The notes under the pieces: generated by a model | What the model saw: only the letters and a program-made list of their open reading frames with translations | Database searches by the model: none | Told to the model about the DNA's origin: nothing | Part shown: positions 1 through 12,278 of the stretch, one piece after another | Position numbering within the stretch: the stretch's first letter is position 1 | Layout of the letters: each line of letters opens with the position of its first letter | NCBI GenBank assembly: GCA_963695555.1 | Contig: CAVOGR010000008.1 | Coordinates: 1 to 53,009 of the forward strand | Source: an uncultured Gemmatimonadales bacterium | Lineage (GTDB): Bacteria; Gemmatimonadota; Gemmatimonadetes; Gemmatimonadales; GWC2-71-9 | Direction of reading: 5' to 3' | Length of the DNA: 53,009 bases | Position numbers and translations under genes: made by a program

Positions 1-95
1 TTCTGATCGACCCGGTCGGCGGCCAGTTCCTCGATCCCTTCTATGGTAGAGAGGGTCGAATCGCAGTCGAAGATAACCGTCCCGAATGGCGGCAT
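1..95 (-). CDS. HAD-family phosphatase (phosphoserine phosphatase-like), 5' end only
   Basis: Manual translation MPPFGTVIFDCDSTLSTIEGIEELA contains HAD motif I (DxDxT); runs off the window edge. Confidence 0.7.
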   Translation of the reverse strand, partial: MPPFGTVIFDCDSTLSTIEGIEELAADRVDQ

Positions 96-152
96 CCTTA
101 GTACCCCACGAGGGCCAGGCAAGCGGCGGCATGGCGGGCAATCATGGCTGAT

Positions 153-166
153 ATATCACGTGATAT
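153..166. promoter_or_regulatory. 14-bp perfect palindrome ATATCACGTGATAT, candidate operator
   Basis: AT-rich palindrome in the intergenic region upstream of the HAD gene. Confidence 0.35.
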
Positions 167-212
167 CTGAGGTGCTTTTCCTTTGTATGCCAATGTAGTG
201 TCCGCCTTATGG

Positions 213-1587
213 TCAATAGATACTCTGTGGCTCGTCGATCACGACTCGCGACAGATTCCTCCGCATTTGGAGCCTAACTCGGACGAGGAGAATTGCCGCG
301 ACGGCACCGAGACCTGCCAGAATGCCCCACCAGAGGCCCTGGGCCCCGAGTGGTGTCGCGAACCCGAGCAGCACGCTCACGGGGGTGCCGATGAGCCAAA
401 ATCCGAACGAGCGCCACCACCATCGGGGCGCGGGTGTCGCCCAACCCGCGGAGGATGCCCACACACACGACCTGGAGCCCGTCGAACACCTGGAACACCC
501 CAGCGATCGGGATCAGGCTCACCGCAAGCGCCAGGACCGCCGGGTCCGTCGTGTAGATCCGTGCGAGCGCTCCTGGCATTCCCAAGAAGACGCCCGCGGT
601 AGCCGCCATGAACCCGCCTCCGGTGAAGAGCGCCGCGCGCGCGTAGCGTCTGGCGGCCACCGCGTCGTTCCGGCCGACCGCGTTGCCCACCATGACCGAT
701 GCGGCCATCGACACGCCGAGCGGGACCATGAACGTCATCGAAGCAAGGTTGATTGCCACCTGGTGGCCTGCCACTTGGACGGTGCCCAGGAGCCCCATGA
801 AGATGGCGATCGCTCCGAAGGCCGTCATCTCGAGCTGGAGCTGTACCCCGATCGGCAGGCCGAGCCGGAGCATCCGCCAAATGGGCTTCAGTGCGACGCT
901 CTCCGGCAGAATCGGCGTCAGGTAGGGTTTCAGATCTTTCCACGCGAGGCTCAGGAGTGCCAGGGCCATGAGCCAGCGGCTGATGCTGGTGGCCCAGGCC
1001 GAGCCGTAGGCGCCCATGGCCGGCAGGCCCAGCTTGCCGAACACCATGATGTAATTGAGCGCGGCGTTGACCACGTTCGCGGCCAGGATGGTCACGACGA
1101 TGGGCGCCAGGCGGTGCATGGCCTGGAGTCCTTGCCGGACGGAGACGAAGGCCAGGAACGGAAACACCCCGGGCATGACGCGCATCGCGTAGCCTGCGGC
1201 CACCGGTACCAGCTCGTCCGGCTGCTGGAGGAGGCCCAGGATGGGACCCGCCGTGAGGAGCAGGAGCGAAGACGGGACCGACAGGACCAGGGCGAGCATG
1301 ATGCCGCGCTGCATCCCCCGGGCGATGGCCGGCTCGTCTTTGGCTCCGACCGCTTGGGCCACTACCGGATCGAGCGCCATGAGGACGCCGATGCCGAAGA
1401 TGGCCAACCCGAAGAAGTAGAGATTGCCGAGTGCTACCGCGGCGAGCGCCACGGCCGAGTAGTGCCCGACCATGATCGAGTCGACCGTGCCCATCACCAT
1501 CATTCCCACCTGCACCACCGTGACCGGAACGGCGAGCCGGAACAGCGCCCGCATCTCGTCGATGGTGGGCAGCACGTTGGTGGACAT
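213..1587 (-). CDS. MATE family efflux transporter (NorM-like), frameshift near 400
   Basis: Motifs GLPIG, AGHQVAINL and FQVFDGLQVV..GILRGLGDT; C-terminus (FGFWLIG..GLWWG) continues in ORF 213..464. Confidence 0.9.
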
Positions 1588-1699
1588 GGGACTCGTGTGG
1601 GTCTCGGCGTGCGGCACGGCGGCTCCGGAATGCTTCGCCTGCTCCCCGGCAGGCGAACATGAAGAGCCGGTAAGGTAATCGTGCCAGCCGGGCGATGAA

Positions 1700-4600
1700 C
1701 TAGCGGGAGGCGGTCACCACGGTCATCCGCCCGATGCGGCGGGCGCCGCCGGACTCGATATGGAAGAAATAGACCCCGCTGGCCACCGGGCGGCCGTCCC
1801 GGTTCCGGACGTTCCACTCGGCCTCGCCGCCGAAGGTGGTGGAGTTGTGCTCCAGGAGTGCCACCAGCACCCCGCTCGAGGTATAGATCCGGATGATTGC
1901 CCGCTCGGGGAGGTTCACGAACTTGATCACCCGATTGTCTGTCTCGTCGTACCCGCTCGAGAAGTAGTAGGGGTCGGGCACCGGGTGGACGTTTCGCAGG
2001 TCATCTTTGGTGACGGGATTCACCCGGTTCACCACGTCCCACGTGATCCGCAGTTCGGACCCCACCGCGGTCCAGGAGCGCGGCGGATTGAAGTCCTGGT
2101 TGAAGATGTACGGCCCGTAGTTGCCGCCGTCGCCGTTGCCGCCTGAGATGCCGCCGATATAGGTCCGGAGCGACCAGACCCTGCCGGGCGGCGGTACCTG
2201 CCCGCCCAGGAGCCCGATGGTGAAGATGTCGCCCGAGAGATAGAGGCCGAAGCCGGCATCCGGCCAGACCGGTGCGCTCTGCGCCGCGGCGAGGTCCGGG
2301 ACTGAACGGCACCACGGGACCCGAGGATCGCGGTCCGGCTCAGGCAATAGCTGGGACCGCCGACACAGGAAGCGGTGCCCACGTCATAGGCCGGATCGTT
2401 GGCCGGCGGGATGCAGTGGAAGTCGGTCGCGGTCAGTTCGTCGCGCCCGTCGAACGACCCGGCCGACGGCAGGGCCGCGGACTGGTTCAGGATGCCCCAG
2501 GTCCCGCCGAGATGATCCGCCGCGAACGGAACCGGCACGTTGTGGGTCACGTCGATCACCGAATCGATGGTGCCGCCTGCACCCCAGTACACGTTGAAGT
2601 CGGCCGCGCGCCGGGCCCCGCTCTTGATGGCTTCCATCGGCCGGAACTCGGCACCGCCCACCGACTGGTAGGCCTGGGTGTTGTGGATCAGTGTGACCCC
2701 GGTCAACTGGCCGGCGTTGTTGTAATTGGTCATCGGGATGCCGGAGAGGTTCGCCTGGTTTCCCGAGATCGGGTCGGCCCGGGTCTCGTTCTGCTGCGGT
2801 GACGGCCCGTCGAACCAGCGCGACCCGTTGTAGGCGCACTCGCGGTCGCCGCCGAAATTCCGTCGGGCGTTCACGCAGCCCCGGCCGTAGAGTGAGTGGT
2901 AGTCGGGGCCTTCCATCTCGATCGACATCGCGCCGTTGAGGACGTAGGTGCCGGCACCGCCATACCGAGCGGCGAGGCCCGGATCGAGCGTCACCGCCGG
3001 GAACTCCGCGTCCGCCCCGCGCAGACCGATCTCCTGCGGCTGGGTGATTGGCAGCATGACCTGGACCGGGGCAAGACCCGGCGCGGTCACGGTGATCCAA
3101 TATCGGTGCGGGATCGCGGGGGCGCTGTACGGGGAGCCCAGCGTAACGCTATCCAGCCGCACCCTCACGGCGCCGGAACCCGCGACCACTTCCCCCACAA
3201 ACCCGGCCAGGTCCATGCTCCAGGCGTTACTCGGCGGGAACGGTCCGGAGAACCGGCCGGTCACCGGATCGAGCGAAGGATTGGGGGCCGTGTGATCCAA
3301 CAGCACGTCGCGGCCGTAGACGCCGGTCACCAGGTCGACCGTGTTCTGGTAGTTGACGACGCGATTGGATGGCGTGACCGGCTTCAGTACCTGCGGCGAC
3401 TCGAGCGTGCTGGGCCCGGACTGCCAGGAGTTCACGTCGAACGCCGTGACGGTGTAGAAGTAGCGGAAGCTGTTGCGGGCGGTCGAGTCGACGAACACGA
3501 ACGGAACCCCGGTGTTGTCGAGGTCGCTGCTATAGGGTCCAACCAGCGGGATCGCGGCCGTGTCCGCCCGGAGCACCAGCACGGTTCCGTCCGACAGCGC
3601 AATCCGGTCGCCGAAGCGCACCTGGCTGATCGAGCCGACCAAGTCCACGTCGTTATGCGCGGTGCGGGTGACGCCGGGTGCTATCGGATCGTACACCACG
3701 GGACACTCGGTGGTGATGCCGACCTCCGGCGCGCAATCCGGCGGTTGGACGATGCCAAAGGAACTACTGTAGAAGACCTGGCCGCCGAAGTCGGAGATGG
3801 CGGTACCCGAGTAGTCGAATTGCGCAAGCAATGTGAGCGCGCCGGGGTCGTCCACCCGTCCCCGGTAGATCCGGTACCCCTCCACATCGAACTGGCGGAA
3901 GTTGGGATCGTACAGCGGATTCGGCACCGGTGCGGTGCCGCCGGGCGGAATCCAGGTCGCATCCTTGGCGACGTCGAAGTATGCGTCGCCGGTGTTCTCG
4001 CTGGCCGACGGCCGCCACAGCACCGTGACCTGTCCGTCGCCGGGAATCAGGAAGAAGTCGGGTGCTGCGGGCTCGGTGGGTGTGAGGAAGTGGTGATCGA
4101 AGAAGGCCTGGGCCAGCTGCGCCTTGCCGTAGAGCGACCGTGGCTCGAAGGTGAATTCGTACTGGGAGAGCGCCCCGTCACCGTCCAGATCGGAGGCGCC
4201 GAGGAACCCCGCGATCGAGTCGATCGGGTTGACCCCGCCGGCGAGGACGGCGGGATCTCCCATGCCCACATAGATGGACGGGTTCCCTGGGAGGATGTTG
4301 CAGGGGCCGATGGGACAGCTGCCAGTGCTGACCGGGCCGGCAAACACCCAGGCGAAGGCCAATACGACAGACTGTCCGGGACCCAGGTCGATACCAGGTG
4401 CGGATTGCATGCTCCTGGTGTCCGACGGATTTGATCCTTGCACGTAGCAGATGTGAGTGAGGAGCGGATCGCCAAAGGCACAGGGTATGATACCCACGGT
4501 CGTGGCCAGGTTCCCGGACGCAGTCCGGAAGAGTTGGGCAACGGTCTGCGGCGAACCGAACTGGCCGCCACCACCGAAGACAGTGTAGAGCTGGATGGAC

Positions 4601-5598
4601 GGCTCCCCGGTCGGGGCCTGGAGGAACTTGGTACCCACCAACCCTGTCCCCGGGAAGATGGGTGAAGAGAAGATCGCAGGGTCGAATGACCAACCTGAGA
4701 ATTGCGAAAAGCTGGGGTCCCAAGCGTACCCCATCGAGAGTGGCAGATTGACGGACCCAAAATTCTGCCCTATCGACCCTACATCCTGGTCCGCGGTGTG
4801 AGATATGAAGAAATTGGCAATGGTATATCCCCCTGCCGGGAGAGTGATCCCATACTCTGCGTTATTCCTGTCGTGGAATGCTTGGGCTTGCCTAAGCAGT
4901 ACGGGTTGGAGAGCCGATGGAGCGTGGCCGTAGGATGCTGGATCGAGCGACGTGATGTTGTAGAGGGTAGCAACGACATAAAGGATGTCATCATTGCCTG
5001 CCGGGTGGTTCCACGCCATGACGCGCATGTCCCCCAAGATTCCAAGCGGATGGGGTCGGCCTGCTGCGAGACGAGGGTCCCCCTCCCACATCATCCACCA
5101 GAAATCCTCATCCGCGGCGGCCACCCGTCCATGCAGCGCAGGGCGATACAGTGGAGTGGAAGGGACCCGGGCCATATCCGGCCATCGTGCCAGATCTCCG
5201 GAATCCCCCGATGCGTAGATCGGCTCCACTTCCAGCCCATGTTGTGTCGTCCCTTTGAGATCAAAGAAGAAACCGCCCGCGGTATCGTCAGCCCAGGGAC
5301 CACCGTCCGCGCCAATGATACCGGCAACCTGCAAGCCACTATCGTATACGTGAGAGTTGGCGGTGCCTTTCGGCCAGAACGCATCGTCAATCCTGCTGAC
5401 GTTGAACGCGTTGACGCAGATCTGTCCGTCTGAGACCAAGCCACAGGAGACCCGGTTAGCACTGATCTCCGCCAAGCTCGAGGCAAACAGGCGAAAGCCT
5501 GAACCGCTCGACTTGTTGGGCGTCTGGCCATACCCGGCCACGGCACCGCAACACGCGAATGCCATCAACGTCCAGAACGCTCGTCGCGAGGATGTCAT
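1700..5598 (-). CDS. Large secreted protein (paralog A) with FlgD-Ig/T9SS-like C-terminal domain; frameshifted near 2300-2325
   Basis: ORFs 2029..5598 and 1700..2347 join by comparison with paralog B; N-terminal signal peptide; C-terminal VPDPY...IKFVNLP..IRIYTSSG..W..RN..G..VASGVY motif. Confidence 0.8.
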
Positions 5599-5599
5599 C

Positions 5600-8500
5600 T
5601 CATCTGAGCCGGTTGACCACGGTCATCCGGCCGACTCTCCGCGCGCCGCCGGACTCGACATGATAGAAGTAGACTCCGCTAGCCACCCGGCGGCCGTCGC
5701 GGTTCCGCGCGTTCCACTCGGCTTCGCCGCCGAAGGTGGTGGAGTTGTGTTCGACCAGCGCCACCAGCACCCCGCTCGAGGAGTAGATCCGGATGATGGC
5801 CCGCTCGGGCAGGTGTACGAACTTGATCACCTGCCGATCAGGCGTCTCGTCGAACCCGCTCGAAAGGTAGAATGGGTCGGGCACCGGGTGGACGTTTCGC
5901 AGGTCGTCTTTGGTGACGGGATTCACCCGGTTCACCACGTCCCACGTGATCCGCAGCTCGGACCCCACCGCGGTCCAGGAGCGCGGCGGATTGAAGTCCT
6001 GGTTGAAGATGTACGGCCCGTAGTTGCCGCCATCGCCGTTGCCGCCTGAGACGCCGCCGATATAGGTCCGGAGCGACCAGACCCTGCCGGGCGGCGGGAC
6101 CTGCCCGCCCAGGAACCCAATGGTGAAAATGTCGCCCAGAGAGATACAGGCCGAAGCCAGCGTCCGGCCACACCGGTGCGCTCTGCGCCGCGGCGAGATC
6201 CGGACTGAACGGCACCACGGGGCCGGGGATCCCGATGCGGCTCAGGGAATAGCTGGGACCGCCGACACACGAGGCCGTCCCCACGTCATAGGCCGGATCG
6301 TTGGCCGGCGGGATGCAGTGGAAGTCGGTCGCGGTCAGTTCGTCGCGGCCATCGTATGACCCGGCCGACGGCACCGCGGCGGACGGGTTCAGGATGCCCC
6401 AGGTCCCGCCCAAGTGATCGGCCGCGAAGGGGACCGGCACGTTGTGGGTCACGTCGATCACCGAGTCGATGGTGCCGCCTGAACCCCAGTACACGTTGAA
6501 GTCGGCCGCGCGCCGCGCCCCGCTCTTGATGCCTTCCATGGGACGGAACTCGGCGCCGCCTACCGACTGGTAGGCCTGGGTGTTGTGGATCAGTGTGACC
6601 CCGGTCAGGGCGCCGGCGTTGTTGTAATTGGTCATCGGGGTGCCGGAGAAGTTGGCCTGGTTCCCGGAGATCGGGTCGGCCCGGGTCTCGTTCTGCTGGG
6701 GTGACGGCCCATCGAACCAGCGGGAGCCGTTGTAGGCGCACTCACGAGCGCTGCCGAAGTTACGCCGGCCGTTCACACAGCCGCGCCCGTAGAGCGAGTG
6801 GTAGTCGGGGCCTTCCATGTACATCGCCATCGCACCGTTGAACTGATAGCGCCTCCCGCCCCGCCATAGCGCGCCGCCAGAGTCCCATCGATCGGGATGG
6901 CCGGCAAATTGCGGCTGGTAGACTGAAGCCCGATCTCCTGCGGCTGGGTGATGGGAAACAGCAGCGTGTCGGGCTTGCCGCCGGCTGCGCGGGCGACGAT
7001 CCAGTATTGATGCGGCACGGGCGGGCTGCTGTACGGCGAGCCCAGCACGATGCGGTCGAGCCTCGCGGTCAGCGCCACCCGGCTGGCTCACCAGTTCCTT
7101 GACGAACCCGGCCAAGCCGATCTCCCAGGCGTTACTGGGCGGGAACGGGCCGGAGAACCGGCCTGTCACCGGATCGAGCGTGGGATTGGGTGCGGTGTGG
7201 TCGAGCAGCACCCCACGGCCGTAGATGCCGGTCACCAGGTCGACCGTGTTCTGGTAGTTGACGGCGCGATTGGATGGCGTGACCGGCTTCAGCACCCGCG
7301 GCGACTCGAGCGTGCTGGGCCCGGACTGCCAGGAGTTCACGTCGAACGCCGTGACGGTGTAGAAATAGCGAAAGCTGTTGCGGGCGGTCGAGTCGACGAA
7401 CACGAACGGAACACCGGTGTCGGCCAGGCCGGCCCCATAGGGAGGGGCAGGCGGAATCGCGGCCGTGTCGGCTCGAAGGATCAGTGCGTTGCCATTGGGC
7501 AGCGCGATGCGATCGCCCAAGCGCACCTGGTGGATCGGACCGATGAGCGGCACCTCGTCGTGCGCGGTGCGCGCGACCCCTGGCGAAATGGGGTCATAGC
7601 TGACTGGGCAGCCGCCGGTGATGCCCAGCTCCGGCGCGCAGGTCTGCTCCTGACTGGGAGACCGAGGCACCTGGCCTGCGAAGTCGGAGAGCGTGGTTTC
7701 CTGATAATCGAATTGCGCCACTAGGGTGAGCGCTCCCGGGTCGTCGAGCCGGCCGCGGTAGACCCGGTAGCCTTCCACGTCGAACTGGCGGAAGTTTGGA
7801 TCGTACAGCGGATTGACGACTCGGTGCGGTGCCGCCGGGTGGAATCGAGGTCGCGTCCTTAGCCGCCTCGAAGATAGGGATCGCCGGTTGCCTCGCTGGC
7901 CGACGGCCGCCAGAGCACCGTCACCTGCCCGTCGCCGGGTATCAGAAAGAAGTCCGGCGCCGCCGGGGCCGAAGGCGTCAAGAACTGGTGATCGAAGAAG
8001 GCCTGGGCCAGCTGCGCCTTGCCGTAGAGCGAGCGCGGCTCGAAGGTGAACTCGTATTGGGACAACGTCCCGTTTCCATCGAGGTCAGTGGCGCCGAGGA
8101 ACCCGGCGATTGAGTCGACCGGGTTGACGCCGTTCGCCACCACGGCCGGGTTGCCGGACCCTGCGACGATGGAGAGGTCACCCGGGCTGATATCGCAAAC
8201 TCCACCGCCAGGCACGACCCGATTCCTATCGGGGCCGCGAACACGTACGCCACCGCGAACGAGGTCGCGGCACCTGGAGCCAGATCCACCGGCTGGCCCG
8301 AGAGGAAGAACCGGATGTCGAACGGGAGTTGGTCTTCGATGTAGCAAATCCCAGTAGTGGAAGGCGGACCAACGTTGCAGGGATCGTCGCCCGACGCGAT
8401 GCTCATCGTGCCGGAGAGGTAGCGGTAGAGCTGTGTGGTGTTCTGAGGGTCACGGAAGGAACCGCCGTTCTCCGTGGCGCTGAAGACGGTGAGCCCCGGG

Positions 8501-9495
8501 TCGCTCAAGAGCTTGACTCCCACCAGACCGCTGCCCGGGAAGAACGGCGGCGAGAAGATGACCGGGTCGAAACTCCAGTGCGTGACCTCCGAAAAGCTCC
8601 GGTCCCAGCCGTAGCCCATCGCGAGCGGGAGCTGCACCGACGCGTAGTTGTCGTACACGGTTGCGACATCGGGATCCACGGCGATGGCCGCGAACAAGTT
8701 GGTGATGGTGTAACCGTCAGGTGGGAGCGTGATGCCGAACTCGGCGTTGTTCTGGTTGTGAAACTCCTGCGCCTGCCTCAGCAGCACAGGCTGGAGAGCC
8801 GAGGGAGCCTGAGCATACGAGGCCGGATCGAGCGATGTGATGTTGTAGAATGTCGTTACAGCGTAAAGGATGTCCTCGTTGGCAGAAGGGGAGTTCCATG
8901 CCATGACCCGCACTTCGGCCAGGATTCCGAGCGGGTGCGGGCGGCCGGCGGCATATGCCGGATTGCCCTCCCACATGAGCCACCAGACATCCTCGTCCGC
9001 AGCCCTGATTCGTCCATGCAATGTCGGGTGGTATAGAGAACTGGCAGGAACCAGGGCCATGTCCGGCCACTGTGCCCGATCGGCAGAGTCACCGGACGCG
9101 TAGATCGGCTCCACCTGCTGCCCATGCTCGCTGGTGCCCTTCAGATCAAGGAAGAACCCGCCTGCCGTGTCGCCCGCCCAGGGTCCGCCGTCTGCCGCAA
9201 TGATACCGGCCACCTGATGGCCGGATATATACAAGTACCCGGCGGGGGTGCCCCATGGCCAGAATGCGCCGATAACAGAGGTTCCGAAGGTTCCGCTCGA
9301 GCAGATGTAGTTGAATTCGATTCCACAACCGACTCGGTTGGCTGCCAGTATGTATCGCGCCTGGGCGAAGAGGCGAAATCCTCGGCTGGCCATCGATGGC
9401 TTTTGTGCGTAAGCGGACGACCAGGCCGAGCCGGCCAGGAGAATGAGGATGCCAGCGACACGAATGACCCGACGGTGCCACGGTTGGGTACTCAT
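5600..9495 (-). CDS. Large secreted protein (paralog B), broken by several frameshifts
   Basis: ORFs 7978..9588, 7859..8347, 5838..7778, 6773..7078 and 5600..5968 are colinear with paralog A; signal peptide MSTQPWHRRVIRVAGILILLAGSAWSSAYA. Confidence 0.75.
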
Positions 9496-9637
9496 ATGCC
9501 CTGCGCGGCATGAGAGTGGAGCCGTCTCCGCCGGCCAAAGCCCAAGGCGACTCTGCCCGGGAGACGTCTCCCCTACATTGGCAAACACATAGATGGAAAG
9601 CCTGAAATCAGTCTGAAGCTTCGCTCACCGGCGTCGT

Positions 9638-9655
9638 TAGGGAAAACCCTAGCCC
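9638..9655. promoter_or_regulatory. TAGGGAAAACCCTAGCCC palindromic motif upstream of paralog B
   Basis: Identical 18-mer at 48264..48281; 16-bp match at 51194; 16/18 reverse-complement match at 12070..12087. Confidence 0.45.
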
Positions 9656-9699
9656 TCAGCTGGCTGCTTCCGCGACACCACACCGGGAAGGCCGCAAGT

Positions 9700-10143
9700 T
9701 CACGACGGCCGCTGGACGTCCGCCCCGCGCCCGGGGCTCAGCGTCTCGGGCCGCGATTGCGACAGGAGCCGCTCGGTAAAGTCCACCCGCTCGTGCAACT
9801 CCTCGACGTCCGCACGCAGCGCGTGGAGTTCGTCGAGGACCGCTTCCGGCATGCCCAGCCGCCGAGCCTGCGAGGGCTCGGGATCCCACAGCCGCACCAG
9901 CCGGCCGTCGGCATCGCGGAATTGCCCGGCACCCACCAGGATCACATCGTAGAGATACCACAGCCCGAGGCCACCGAGAGTCGCGATCATGAGGAGGCCG
10001 GTGCCTATCTTTCCGGTGTAGAATCGGTGCCCGCCGAACACGCCGAGCACCAGCGCCAGTGCGAGGGCAACGCCGCGGGACTTGTCCGATGCGCCTGCCG
10101 AACCGGAGGAACCGTAGGTGTCATATGGGCCGGTGGGATCCAC
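9700..10143 (-). CDS. TM2-domain membrane protein
   Basis: KSRGVALALALVLGVFGGHRFYTGKIGTG is the TM2 signature; C-terminal coiled segment ELHERVDFTERLL; start uncertain. Confidence 0.8.
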   Translation of the reverse strand: MDPTGPYDTYGSSGSAGASDKSRGVALALALVLGVFGGHRFYTGKIGTGLLMIATLGGLGLWYLYDVILVGAGQFRDADGRLVRLWDPEPSQARRLGMPEAVLDELHALRADVEELHERVDFTERLLSQSRPETLSPGRGADVQRPS

Positions 10144-10274
10144 ACGCGCTCCGAGGGCTGAGGAGGTGGTGGTAAGATACGCGGCGATTAGGAGGGGCAC
10201 CACCGCACCGGAGCCGATGCGAGCCGAGCGAAGCCTGGAGATAGCCGGCGCCGGCGTCGGCCGCCCTGCGGTGG

Positions 10275-11867
10275 TTAGTGCCCGACGGTCCGCATGAAGG
10301 CGTCGAACACGTCGGGGCGCCACCAGTGCTGGTGGTCGCGCATGATAGACAGAGTCATCGACTTGGTGTTCGCAGGCCGGTAGCTCCGGTCGGTGTTGAG
10401 CGCATCATACACGTCGGAGACACAGATGATCTGCGCGTTGAGCGGTATGCGCTCTCCCGAGAGGCCGTCGGGATAGCCCGAACCGTCGAGCTTCTCGTGG
10501 TGCCAGCGGATGATCGGCTCGATGTCCCAGGGGAACTGGGTCGGTTCTACGAGATCGACGCCCCATTCCGGGTGGTGTTTGATGACGGCAAACTCGGCCG
10601 CAGTGAGTCGGCCGGGTTTGTTCAGGATCTCGCTGGGGACCCGGACCTTGCCCACGTCGTGCAAGTACGCTCCCAGCCGGACCGTCATCTGGTCGGATTG
10701 GCTCAGCCCGAGCATCTGGCCGACGGCCTGGGCATACGACGCCACCCGCTCCGAGTGCCCGTGGGTGTAGGCGTCCATCGACTCGATCGACTGGCCCCAG
10801 TCCCGGACCATCTGGAGAAACGACCGCTCAATGAGGGTCTTCTTTCGGGCCACGTCTACCCGGTCCACCCGGGCGGCGAGCCGACCGAACAACCGGTGGG
10901 CCGCATTCAATTGATCGAGCGCTTCGAGCTTCCTCCCGATCTGCTGGTAGAGGATGGCGAGCTCGCGTGTCGCCTCGGCCTCGTGCAGCGGATGCCTGCC
11001 GCCAGCCGAGAGTTCGATCGAGAGACGGAGATGTCCTTCGGCCAGAGCGGGCGCGCCTGTCTCCCGGTCGATCATGCCGAGGAAGCGATAGACCGCGGCC
11101 TTCCCCGAGGCGTCGCCGAGTTGGGCAAACACGCCCAGGGCCGCATCCGCACACTCGCGCGCGTCGTCGAACTGCCGGCGTCCAATGAGCACCTCGGTCT
11201 GGTCCAGCAGGCAGAGCGCCTGGAGGTGCAGGTTACCGACCTTCTTCGCGATGGCGCGGCTCCGGCGATAGAAGCGATCGGCATCGTCCCACTGCTCGCG
11301 ATCGGCGTTCAGCATGCCCATCGTGTGGAGGGCGCGGGCACACCCCTCATCGTCACCCGCCTGGAGGAAGGCCTCCAGCGAACGCTCGCCGTGCTCCATG
11401 GCCGCCCGGTAGTCGCCGCTCATGTTGGATAGGACGGCCAGGTTCTGTTCAATCTGACCGCGCAGCCCGGCATCGTCGGCGCACCCCTCCAGGGCCTCGG
11501 CCAAACGCGCCTTTGCCGCGTCGTGTGCTCCCGCGTCGATGTCGAAACTCGCCAGCGTGTTGAGTGCATGACCCGCCAGGGCCCGATCGCCGAGATCGAG
11601 TGCGAGCCGGTGGCTTCGCGCGGCAGATGCACGAGCCGATTCGAATTCCTGCACCCGGTGCCGGACGAGAGCCAGATGGCGAAGCGCCTTGGCCAGGACG
11701 GCGCCATCGCCTTGGAACTCAGCATCGCCGACGGCCGCTTCGAGTTCCATGACCGCCTCGAGCAGCCGTCCCTCCGCGGCGAGCGCCTGCCCGCGGACCA
11801 GGTGCTGGTACGCACCCTGGCCCGCCGGACTCACAGCCTGATCTCGGGCGAAGGCAGGTTCGGTCAT
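10275..11867 (-). CDS. TPR-repeat HD-GYP domain protein (putative cyclic di-nucleotide phosphodiesterase)
   Basis: HDVGK, HHEKLDGSGYP and DVYDAL..RSYR motifs; N-terminal TPR-like helical repeats; start placed at MTEPAF. Confidence 0.88.
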   Translation of the reverse strand: MTEPAFARDQAVSPAGQGAYQHLVRGQALAAEGRLLEAVMELEAAVGDAEFQGDGAVLAKALRHLALVRHRVQEFESARASAARSHRLALDLGDRALAGHALNTLASFDIDAGAHDAAKARLAEALEGCADDAGLRGQIEQNLAVLSNMSGDYRAAMEHGERSLEAFLQAGDDEGCARALHTMGMLNADREQWDDADRFYRRSRAIAKKVGNLHLQALCLLDQTEVLIGRRQFDDARECADAALGVFAQLGDASGKAAVYRFLGMIDRETGAPALAEGHLRLSIELSAGGRHPLHEAEATRELAILYQQIGRKLEALDQLNAAHRLFGRLAARVDRVDVARKKTLIERSFLQMVRDWGQSIESMDAYTHGHSERVASYAQAVGQMLGLSQSDQMTVRLGAYLHDVGKVRVPSEILNKPGRLTAAEFAVIKHHPEWGVDLVEPTQFPWDIEPIIRWHHEKLDGSGYPDGLSGERIPLNAQIICVSDVYDALNTDRSYRPANTKSMTLSIMRDHQHWWRPDVFDAFMRTVGH

Positions 11868-11938
11868 GGCATTCCCTTGGACACCCAATCCACCCGACCC
11901 ATGAGCGGGAACGTGGCGGGCGCGATGAGCGTGAAGTG

Positions 11939-11953
11939 GCAACCGATGTACCA
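11939..11953 (-). promoter_or_regulatory. Candidate sigma54 -24/-12 promoter
   Basis: Minus strand TGGTACATCGGTTGC = GG-N10-GC, about 70 bp upstream of the HD-GYP start. Confidence 0.55.
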
Positions 11954-12204
11954 GGCCCGGGGTCGCGAGGCCCCTTGTCGTCCCGGATGGGCTAACCGAT
12001 TGTTGGAACTGTGATTGGACTGTTCGGGATTCCAAGTATTTCAATCGCAATAAGTTGAGGCTCACCCCAGGGCTAGGGTTCTCCCCAGTGCCATTCGCCA
12101 CGAATGGCCGCAAAGCGGCTCGCATGTTGGCACATCGAGCCGCACGCGCCGCCCGCCAGCTGCGGGCCAGCGGGATCATGTGGGGAGGTCTGGTTGAGTG
12201 GGAG

Positions 12205-12278
12205 CGCGCCCGGCAGGACTCGAACCTGCGACCCTCTGCTTAGAAGGCAGATGCTCTATCCACCTGAGCTACGGGCGC
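12205..12278 (-). tRNA. tRNA-Arg (anticodon TCT)
   Basis: Acceptor stem GCGCCCG/CGGGCGC, anticodon arm TCTGC-CTTCTAA-GCAGA, T-loop GGTTCGAGTCC; CCA not encoded. Confidence 0.96.

Noticed and set aside
1700..9495. Diversity-generating retroelement TR/VR pair
   Set aside because: Differences are mixed and often synonymous rather than adenine-specific, both copies are coding, and there is no reverse transcriptase
11864..11940. Short hydrophobic peptide frame (HFTLIAPATFPLMGRVDW) upstream of the HD-GYP gene
   Set aside because: No start codon or RBS ahead of the hydrophobic stretch, so it cannot be supported as a signalling peptide
12205..12278. tRNA-Arg as a genomic island attachment site
   Set aside because: No duplicate of its 3' end and no integrase seen in the window
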